DNA of 64,000 nucleotides, from positions 558,001 to 622,000 of the forward strand of contig NW_026250421.1 in assembly GCF_024521635.1 (NCBI RefSeq). The letters run 5' to 3'. Numbering within the stretch: the first letter of the stretch is position 1; each line of letters opens with the position of its first letter. This document shows, one piece after another, positions 1 through 10,800 of this stretch. A model generated the notes under the pieces. The model was not told the origin of the DNA. It saw only the letters and a program-made list of their open reading frames with translations, and searched no databases. The stretch comes from Tricharina praecox. Lineage: Eukaryota. Both the position numbers and the translations under genes were made by a program.

Positions 1-547
1 GTGCAGAATAAGGTGCAGAATACTCATGGCCCATGGACTATGAAGGATTACTGTCGTCGCTACGATAGAGGATGGAGGAATAACACGGGCTTATGAGCTA
101 CGCAGCTGACAGTATCACGCCGTCCCCCGCCCCTCGCCTTACAAATGATAATCTTGGAGACGGATATGGGTGAATCGACCGCAATGGATACGCTGCCCCC
201 CGCTAGCCGTCGAGTGGCCAGTAACCACCCCCGGAAACACCGCATACCAGTATCACGGTTGTGGGTAACTACTGGCCGAGCTGGATGAGCTCTAATCCAC
301 CACCTGGCATATACCTCCCCATCCAAGCTTCAGGCATCAAGCTTCATGTAGACAAACAATCAATCGGCTGCAGCATGTACACTCACTCAATTGATCAATA
401 AAGCGAAACAAAAACACAAAAACACAAAAAAAAGAAAAGGCGACGCGAAAGAATATCTACACTAAAAAGACCTAAAACCCAAAGAAATTACCCCGACCGC
501 CCCCGTTCCCCATCATCTTCCAAATCAAAACTCCCATCGCGTGCAAT

Positions 548-3500
548 CTACTCCTCAGAATCCTCTTCCGCGACCTGTGACACATCGTTAGCCAATAAGT
601 TCTGCGAGAGTGAGTGTAGATTACAGGAGGGGGAGACATACGTCGTCATGGAAAGTCTTGCCCTCGGTAGTGGGCTTGATGACGCCGACGCGAATGCAGA
701 AGTCACCAAAGCGCTCGCCGTCCTCACGCTCAAGTGCGTAGCGCTTGAACAGGGGGCGGACGATATCGAGGATCTCCTCCTCCTTGATGGACGAGCGGTA
801 CAGCTTGTTGAGACGCTGGCCGTGGTAGCCTCCGCCCAGGTACATGTTGTAAGCACCGAAGGCCTTTCCAACGAACGCGATCTCGGCGAGCCACGGGCGC
901 GCACAGCCGTTAGGACATCCGGTCATCCGCATCACGACGGAGTCGTGGCGCAGTCCGTGTTCCTCGAGAACGCCCTCGACCTTCGAGATCAGCACGGGGA
1001 GGTAGCGCTCCGACTCGGCCATGGCGAGGCCACAGGTGGGGAAGGCGACACAGGCGGAGGACGACAGGCGGAGCCCGGTGAATTGGTAGTTGTCCAGCTT
1101 GTACTTCGCCATGAGGTCCTTGAGTGCGGGCAAGTCTGCGTCGGCGACGTTGGAGAGGATCAGGTGCTGGTTGCCGGTAAGGCGGAACTCGCCCTTGTGC
1201 ACCTTTGCGATCTCGCGGAGGCCGGTCTTCATCTGGAACTCGGCGGTATCCTCGATACGTCCGTTCTCGATGAAGAAGGTGAAGTGGTTGAGACCTGTCT
1301 CGTCCTTGACCCAGCCGAAAGTGTCGACGTTGCTCTCGAAGTGGAAGGAACGCTCCTCCTCGAGCTGCCAGCCGAGCAGTTCCTCGACCTTCTGCTTGTA
1401 CACGGGGACGGTGAGGTCGTCGACGGTGTACTTCAGACGGGCGTGCTTGCGGTTCTTGCGGTCACCATGGTCGCGCTGGATCAGCATGACCTTCTCGCAG
1501 ACAAGGTGGACCTTGTCAACGGTCGAGAAACCGATCGAGCTACCAGTGCGAGGGTAGGTCTTGGTGTTGTTGTGAGTGACTCCCATTCCTCCACCGATGA
1601 GGACGTTGAAACCAGCCAGCTTGCCATCCTCGCCCTTGATGGCGATGAGACCTACGTCGTGAGCGTACACGTCGGTGTCGTTGTGCGGGGGCACGGCAAT
1701 GGTGATCTTGAACTTCCTGGGGAGGTAGGTGGGGCCGTAGAGGGGCTCGTGGTCGACAACGGCGTCACCGGCAACCTGCACCTTCTTATCGTTCTCGTCC
1801 ATGAGCCAGATCTCATGGTAGGCGGTGGTGTTGGGCAGGAGGTGGTCGCTGATGACCTGTGCAACGGCCTGGACCTCGGCGTGGAAGGCAGCCTGGGTGG
1901 GAAGGGAGCTGCACATGACGTTACGGTTGACATCACCGCAGGCGGCGATGGTGGTCATCAGAGCCTGGTTGATGGCACGCATGGAGTTCTTGAGGTCAGT
2001 CTTGATGATACCGTGGAACTGGAAGGTCTGACGGGTGGTCAACTTCATGGTGTGGTTTCCGTAGGTATTGGCGATGTCGTCCATCTGGATCCACTGCTTT
2101 GGAGTCGACACTCCTCCGGGCAACCGGCAGCGAATCATGAACGAGTATGCAGGCTCCAGACCCTGAGCCTTGCGCTCGTCACGTAGATCACGGTCGTCCT
2201 GCATATAGGTACCGTGGAACTTGGTGAGCTGCTGGTCGCTGGCGGAGATAGCCATGGTGGACATATCCGCAAGGCCCTCCTCAATGGTACCACGGAGGAA
2301 GTTGGAATTGATCTTCATGTCCTCATTGGTGATTGGGGGAGGCTCATCGGCGAGACCCTCGACGTTGTCAACACCAAGCGCATGCCAAAGCTTCGACTCC
2401 CACTCAGAGTATCCAGTCTGGTATCCATCGGGGTCCTGGTCGTCTCCAAGGCCACACTCAATCAAAACCTTTCCACCGATCTCCTGCAGACGCCTGTCGA
2501 GATCCTTCGCAGGCTTGTTGTAGTAGATCCTGTCCTGCTTGCGAGGCCAGTAGTGCGAGTCTCCCAGACCGAAGACAGAGTAGTTGACAGTGGCGAGATC
2601 CAAGTCGGTAGATCCCTTCACGGCCTCCCACAAGCTGCGTCCGTTCATGGGGAACTCACCCTGTCCAGCCGTAGCCGTAATAAAAACGATGTTCTCCTCG
2701 TTGTTCAGGTCCTCGATTGGGTAGTCCTCCATGGCCATGACCAGGGTCTTGAGACCACGAGCTTTACCACGGCGTCCTAGCCTCTTTGAAACGTTCTCGG
2801 CATTGCCTCCATCAGAAGCGTAGAGAATAGTGAGGGGAGGACCGGAGAGACCCTCGAGAAGCTTGGCAAACGCATCCTTCGCGTTGCGCTTCTGCTGGTG
2901 GCGAACCTCCTTTCCGTAGGACTGGGAGATGCTCTTAGCAAGAGTCGGGTTGCGCTTGACCAGCTGGGTGAGGTGGTTCTCGCGGTCAAGGAAGTCCTTG
3001 AGCTCCTTCTTGATCCTCTCGGACTCCAGAGTAAAGTTCTGTCCACCCTTCTCGTCGCCGAAGGGATCGTAGCGGTACAAAGGCCAGTATCCGATATCAA
3101 CGGCCTTCTTAGTCTCGCGCATGACAGTCAGAGCGGAGTCGTCTTCCTTGTCGTAGGGCAGGTACGCCAGCACCACCGAGGGACCATTGAACTTGTCGGC
3201 CTCCATCATGGCATGCAGCACACCGGTGTACGAGCTGTAAACAGCAACCGAAGCAACGTAAGCGTTACCGAAGTTCATAGCGTACAGACCGATATCCTTC
3301 TTCCGTCGGGAAGCATCGGCGGCGCCGCGCTGGGAGTAGGGGGTGCTGTCAATGACGAGCATGTTGATGTTCTTGCCGGAGGCGATAACGTGGTGGACAC
3401 CGGAGTTACCAAGATCGTAGGCCCAGGCATCGGATCCAATCAACCAGGGGGACTCCTTGCGGAAGAGACTCTTGCTCTCGAGCAGAGTCTTCGCCGCGGC

Positions 3501-5302
3501 GGAACCATCCTTCTCAAGCTGCTGGATGAGCTCATCAGAGATCTCGGCGCTCTTGGTCTCGTCGTCGGCAACCAACAACCACTTCGACAAGATCTCGGTG
3601 GAGGCAGGAGTGGCAAAGCTGCTAGACTTGGCCAATTTCTCCGCCTTGTCTACTAACGCCTTGCGCTGCTCAATCCTGGCCAGAAGCGAACCATATCCGT
3701 ACTCGGGGGAGGCGGCGACGGTGGTAGAGATACCGGCGTTGGGTCGGTCAAGGGAGTTGGCAATGTGAAGTCTCTGACCGAAAAGCTGGGCGAGAATCTT
3801 CATGTAAGCGGACTCTACACCCGGTTGCTCAGACGTCTCGGTAGTCTCAGCAGGCCCATTCTCCAAGCCCACCGACAGGTTCTGGACGGGGGATTCCGAT
3901 CGAAGGTTCTGCATGACACCACGCAGCGCCTGGGCCGCGGTCTCGGCGCTGATGTAGCCGAGTTTGTGGGCAACAACCGAGGGGGCACCTTGGACGCTGG
4001 GGCCAGTTCGCAGGCAGGTGAGGAGGTCCAAGAACAATGGACCCCACTTGGTTGTCTGTCTGTGAATCTGCTCCAAAACGGCAATCTTGGTGACGGCCTT
4101 GGGAAGGACGTTGGGCAGCTGGGCGCCAAACCATGGTCGGTAAAGACGGGCCGAGATGATGCCGACTTTGTCGTACTCTCCGGAACCGGCCTTCTTCAAG
4201 ACGTTGCGGAACAGAGAGGTGGTGGAACCGAAAACGAAGAGAGCGAGGTCGGCGTGCTGAGGACCAGTGTATTCGAATACGCTGTATGATCGGCCGGTGA
4301 CCTGCTTGATTACGGTGAAGATGTTGTTTATGTGGTTGAAGATGTCGTCGGAGGTGACGTCACGCGAGGTGACTGGGACATCGATCGAACTAGCGGAGGT
4401 AACCGAAGCATGTGTGCTGTCCCCGGCGGTGCTGGGTACACTGCTTCCACCGAGGGAAACAGGCTCACCGATAGGAGGGATCAGCCCGCTCGACGGGATA
4501 GCCGGCGCCGAATCACCAACTTGGAGAGTCTGGGCCCGCACACCGTCGTCGGCATACAGGTTCACCGAGTCTACTGTCTTGGCCCGGACACCTTCTGCGG
4601 CGGCACGATCCAGCGCGCGCTCCAACAACACCGGATCCTCAACAGCCACCTCAGTCTTCTCACTCGCGGCAAAGAAGTGGATCACGGCCTTTCCAGACTT
4701 GAGCGCCAGGGCGTGGGCGGCCACGGCCATGTCCTGTGCCTCCTGCGTCGTCTCGGACTGCAGAAGAATCAATCCGGTCTGTCGGATCGAGGTGATCTCC
4801 GAGTAGTCGGGGTATTCGGCCGGTTGCATCGACACATGGATGACAATGGGGTAGTTGAGGAGCTTGTAGAGGTGGGGTATCGATGAGATCAGAGTATTGG
4901 ATGTGGTGGTAACGGAGACGAGCTTCCCCGACCGTGCGGGCTGGTGTACAGAGAGTAACGGGTCGGCATTCTGGCGGACGGTTTGCACCTGTTGATTCTC
5001 GCATTAGACACAGCCAATCCCCAAGACAACACGACACGCCATACCTCTGGTGTCTGCTGTGAGAGCGCGCCCTTGGTGTTACTCGACACCAATTCCGCAA
5101 GTTTTGACGAGTATGCCGAGGCCGCACTCAGCGACGGTTGTACTGAAATGACCACATCACTGGACAGGTACGCAATCCGTGCAACTAATAATAGGTCAGT
5201 TCAGGGCCCACCCGCAATCAAATTCGAATACAGTTTCTGTTGGAAGGTTCAACACATACCGGCCTCCTCGGGGGTCTTCAGAGAGACGGTAGCTGCAGCC
5301 AT
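548..5302 (-). CDS. MET5: Sulfite reductase [NADPH] beta subunit (pyruvate:flavodoxin oxidoreductase-like N-terminus, flavodoxin domain, siroheme/4Fe-4S domain); 4 exons
   Basis: 1455-aa ORF with flavodoxin motif (ILYASDGGNAE, TATAGQGEFP) and nitrite/sulfite reductase motifs (SSACVAFPTCGLA, MTGCPNGC). ATG at 5302 (MAAATVSLKTPEEA). Introns at about 5187-5259, 4989-5044 and 575-641; last exon 548-574 encodes VAEEDSEE*. Confidence 0.95.
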
Positions 5303-7896
5303 TGCGTGGTATCCTGGCAGCAATGTGAAGGTTCAAGCAAAAGGCGGGGGGATATGTAGGATTGAGAGAGAGAGGATATGAGAAAGAGAGCGGAGGGGGC
5401 CGCGCAAATGAGAGACAGAGTTTTGTAATGTAGACGATCAATAAGCGGTGGGGAAATAGCGGCAGCTGAGGTGGGGGATGCTCCGGGGGTTCTTGAGTGT
5501 TTTCCGGTGATCACGACATCAAGCGGGAATTCTGTTTCCTAATTTTTTTTCTCCACCAAAGCCGTTAGAGCCAACGAGCTGTAGAGTAAGGCTCCTGACG
5601 CCACTGCAAGTAGCTGGCAGGTAGCTGCAGCTTTTCCATGATGTTGACTACAGTTTTTCTGAACAAACTACCAGGCGACATATTTTTTTTTGTAGCCGTT
5701 CTCCCCCACGGGTGTTTGCACTGTTAATTATCAACTGGAAGCGCTGATTGGCTCTACATGACGTGCTCGCCCTGCGCTAAGGCGTACGTGGGGACGGCTG
5801 CGGCCTTGGCGGCGGGGATTTTCTTTGCTGTTGCTAAGCAACGGTCTGGAAACGGCGATGGCCGGAAGCTTGCACGAACGTCCCTTTACCCGCCGAAGCA
5901 TCGGCCAGCCACCCCGATCACTCGGCGTGCAATTCGGGGCCACCTGATAGCGGCGATTTACCCATCTCAAAGTACCGTGACCTTCATCAATTTCGGTGTG
6001 AAATAAGCGAATGTGCATCTAAGCCGCATGAGGCAAGGCACTCGGATCACCGCTTGATAGCCGATGCTGCCGGGCATCGTTTTGTGGCTTATCTCAACCT
6101 CATGTACAGCAGGTGCCCGCGGACGGAGAGTCTCCCTCCGACACTGCCGGTGCTGGTAGGACTCGAGATTCTATTTAAGAATTTGGGGGTACTTGTCAAA
6201 GAGCTGTTCAATTCCAGTCAGCGTTACCTAGTGACGTTGTCACAGTTCAGGCCGGCGGCAGTTAGTGGACCGGGCGTACTACCGATTTTTTCCGAGTCGA
6301 TGGTAAACTTCCGTCTATCGTCTACCGTTCAGAGCCTAAAATTGCACGGCCACAAAAGACGGCTACATAACCCTCGATTTGACATCCGGTACCTTGACGG
6401 TATTGCACCAGCAGAGTGAGATGGACGCTCGTGATTGGGTGTGTGCAAAGGAGGGACTTGGTGAACTAAACAAACTTGTCGAATTGTTGCCACCGGATTG
6501 AGCTTTCATCCAAATTCAGACATTGATATATTTGACTGTACTCTGGGTTCCGTATGTACTTGAACGGTCTGGTATTGAACGTAAATCATTGAACGAATTC
6601 CATGGGCCAAAATTATCACGCTGATACGGCAAACACCGAGATTGCAGAGCTTATGCTGTATTCTACGGCACTTTCCCAAAGTCAGACTGAGCCGCTTATG
6701 AGAAGTTTCAAGAGATGGAGTTATTGCATTTACTTGGGAGGGTTGGACCGCGTGCCTATGTGCCGCAGCAGCTGATACAGGTTGTCCTCGTCAGTCTGTG
6801 TCGCTGGCTTCCAGAAGGGCAGCATTACGAGCATCCAAAACATATTCAGAAGCGCTACTCAAAGTCACAGAGTTTTGGATACTATTTATAGCTCGATTTC
6901 CTGACCGGGGAGCTCACATACAACCCAATGTACATGAGGTTCTGTAATTGACAGCACGATAGGATCACTTTCATAAGGAAACCGTGTTATTAGATTTCCC
7001 ACGAGACACCGCGTGATGCCGGTAGCAAACTGTACCAGCTCTGAAGAGGTTTCGCGTGAAGATTCCCGATGGTTCCAGCGGCTCTTCGCATTGTGCATCG
7101 CCAGATATTATCGTAGCTAGAAAGATTCCCTGGTGGATTGCGAATGAAGTTTAGGTTCGTTTCTGGCTTTAGGTTAAACGGCCGCCAGCCCGTGTCCGCA
7201 TCTCGGTGTGCGCGTCAAGGGAGGTAGTATTAAGCTTTGGCTCGAGCTTTGAATTATCGAATCTACTGAGCTGACTGCGATAGCTGGATATCGAAGATTG
7301 GGAGTGAACGGTATTATCTACTCCGAATCTCCGTAGATTGGCAAGAAGCTCCTATGGACCATATTTAGATAGCAAGTGTCGAAGGTTCCAATAAGGAAGC
7401 GGAATATGGGTTTGTGGCAAAGAAAGGCTAAGGGGGTTACTATTCACGAGATCGCCGCGCATGTAAACAGCGGGTGAATCCAGCGACCAGAGCTTAGGCT
7501 TCGGAGTTAATTCATTCGCACCTGACTCCTGGGAGCCACGTTCCTGCGAGTTGGCACAGTTCAAGCTGGCTCATACTCAGACGTAGCTATCAGGCCTAAT
7601 AAATCGATCGTGAAGCCGCGCACTCAGGAGTTTGGTCGTCGAGAAAGCGTAAACACTTCGCGGGTCATTCTTCGCGAGATCTATGTCCGTACTGCAGAAT
7701 CGCAGCCATCACGATGGCTTCTCCATAGGGAACCTGGAATACAAAAGCCCCCGAATATCCCATATTTCTGCTCCTCATCCTAATCATCACCATCTCTCAT
7801 CCTCTCATACATCCTCTCTTAATCTGCCTAATATCCCTCTATCTCTTATAGACTTAGTATCACGGTGGTCACGTTCAGCTTCAAAATATTTCCATC

Positions 7897-10800
7897 ATGA
7901 AGTTGACATTCGGAGCACTGTTGGGTCTGGCGATGGCAGTTGCAGCCATGCCTAGGACTGAAGCGCAGCCTAACGCCCCTTACGATCCTGACTACTATGA
8001 CCCGGCGCCCTTCGGTGGCCCACCGTCATTCCTTGCTGTTGACATGTACGGCATGCCGCTCGTTCCTGCTGGCTTTGAGCCGGGCCCTCCTCCTCCTCCA
8101 CCACCTTCGCCTACGCTGGGGAATGGCAAGGAAGCGGAGGCTTCAGTTGAGGTTGCGGCCAATAAAGGCATCAATCGTCCAAAGGTAATCCCCCTTCGCA
8201 TCCATACTCACAATCATGGCATATCACTAACAACGGATCAGGAGGGTGTATCGAAGGTTGTATTGCCGGAGCACGATCAGAAGATCGACCAGGCCATCAA
8301 CAACAACGAAGATGTAAATGTGAAAGTCCAGAAGAGTGAGCGTGCACCCAACGGGAAGCCCATCCTTCTTCCCCCGCCGCCTCCTCCCATGATGGAGTTC
8401 ATGCCTCCTCCGCCACCCGACTTCTACGGGCACCCACAGCCCGACTTTTACAGCCCTCCTCCTCCCGATTTTTACGGCCCTCCTCCTCCCGATTTTTACG
8501 GCCCTCCTCCCCCCGACTTTTACGGCCCCCCGCCGTCGGAATACCACCAGCCTCCTCCTGGGCTCTCTGAGTTCTTCGAGGACTTCCCCATGCCACCCCC
8601 TGGATTCGGTGGGCCCAAGCCTTTCGATCCTCTTCCTCCTCCACCCCGCCCCCAGCCCAAGAAGGAGGCCCAGAAGAAGAAGGAGGGGAACAAGGGTGGA
8701 AACGTGTTCGAGACGGCAACCTCCAAGGCCACGACCCAGGTGGAGCCAACCAAGACCGTTAACCTCAAGGAGCAGATCCGGCAGAAGGCCACTCCCTCGG
8801 TCAATGCCGAGTTTGCCAACGACAAGAACGTCAACAAGGTCATCAACGTCGAGCAGGGCGAGTCTGCCGTCGGGCCTGCTGGCAAGGGTGGTGTTGAGAC
8901 TATCATCGCTCACACCGTCATCGAGTCTGGTACCACCCGTGTGCAGATGAGTCAGGCCACTGGCGCGGCCGCTGCCAACGCTCTCTTCTTCCCCGGCGGC
9001 GTCATGCCTATGGGCAACGTCGACATGGTGTTCCCCGACATTGTGATCAACAACGCCAACGACATCAATAACGCCAACGAGAATCAGAATCAAGTCGCCG
9101 CTGCCAACGAGAACGCGAACATCAATCCCAACAACGCCGCGAACCAGAACGCCAACCAGAACTTCAACGAGTTCACTGAGGTTAAGGAGTTCAAGGAATT
9201 CAACGAACAGCAGTTCGCTGAGAACCACTTCAACTTCGAGGAGAAGAAGTTCTTCCTCATCAACGCTGGTGCTGAGACGGTCGCTGTTCCTGTCACTATT
9301 ACCAATACGGTGTTGCATACCGAGGTCGTGGCCGGAGAGACTCACGTTGTTGAGGTTCCGGTCACTCGGACCATCATTCAGCAGGAGCAGGTCATCTACC
9401 CTGCTGAGACGGTCTATGAGCGCATCCAGCTTCCTGGCGAGACCATCATTGAAGAAGTTCACCTGCCCGGTGAGACTGTCGTCGTCGAGCGCGAGAAGGT
9501 TGTTCAGCTTCCTGGAGAGACTGTCGTCGAGCAGATTCTCAAGTACCACACCGTCCAGCTCCCTGGCGAGACTGTCGTCCACGAAATCGTGCACCCTACC
9601 CAGACAGTGATCGAGGAGTACCACCACACCGTCCAGCTCCCCGGCGAGACTATCATTCACGAAGTCGTGCACCCCACCCAGACAGTGATCGAGGAGTACC
9701 ACCACACCGTCCAGCTCCCGGGTCAGACCATCGTCGAGCAGATTCAGCTCCCCGGTACGACCGTGTATGAGCAGGTTCAGCTCCCCGGTGCGACCATTGT
9801 GGAGAAGGAGTACATCTCTGAGAGGGTTGAGGTTCCCGTGACTAAGGTCGTTGAGGTCCTCCAAACTATCACTGAGAAGGTCCCCGTTACCCACACTGTC
9901 ATCAATGAGATTCTTGTCTCCGGTGAGATCGTTGAAGTCCCTGTCACACGCGTGGAGGAGATATACATCTCTAAGGAGGTTGAGGTCCCCGTGACTCGTA
10001 TCGAGGAAGTTTACGTTTCCGAGAGGGTTGAGGTCCCAATCACAAAAACCGAAGTCCACGAAATCTTCATCTCCGAGAAGGTCCCCGTCACATACACGGT
10101 CACCGAGGAGAGAATCATTGCCGGACAGGTGGTCGAGGTCCCCGTCACCAGGGTGGAGGAGATCTATGTCTCCCAGAACGTGGAGGTCCCGGTCACTCGT
10201 ACCGAATACCAGGCCGCCACTGTTACCCAGGTCAACGAGGTCTACGTCTCTGAGAAGGTCGAGGTGCCAGTTACCCAATACGTTGAGGTTCCGGTCACTC
10301 AGACCGAGCTTCAGGAGATCTACGTCTCTGAGAAGGTTCCTGTCACCTACACCGTCACCCAGGAGAAGATCATCTCTGGCGAGGTTGTCGAGGTACCGGT
10401 CACCCGCGTCGAGGAGATTTATGTCCCCCAGTACGTCGAGGTTCCTGTCACCCGTACCGAGGTCCAGGAGATCTACGTCTCTGAGAAGGTCCCTGTCACA
10501 TTCACTGTCACCCAAGAGAGGATCATCTCTGGCGAGGTTGTCGAAGTCCCCGTCACTCGCGTCGAGGAGATCTACGTTTCTCAGCAGATCGAGGTCCCCG
10601 TCACTCGTGTTGAGTACGAGCGCTCTACCGTCACCGAGATCAACGAGGTCTTTGTTTCAGAGCGAGTCGAGGTCCCCGTCACCCAGATCCAGGAGGTCTA
10701 CATGAGCGAGCAGGTTGAAGTTCCGGTTACCCAGTACGTTGAGGTTCTGGTAACTCTTACCGAGGTCCAAGAGGTCTACGTCTCTGAGAAGATTCCCGTT

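Noticed and set aside
648..4886. Long + strand ORFs (for example 512 aa) opposite MET5
   Set aside because: Antisense shadows of a codon-biased gene; no motifs.
5750..5770. ATGACGTG as a Cys-3/MetR site in the MET5 promoter
   Set aside because: Only a partial match to ATGRYRYCAT and too short to support.
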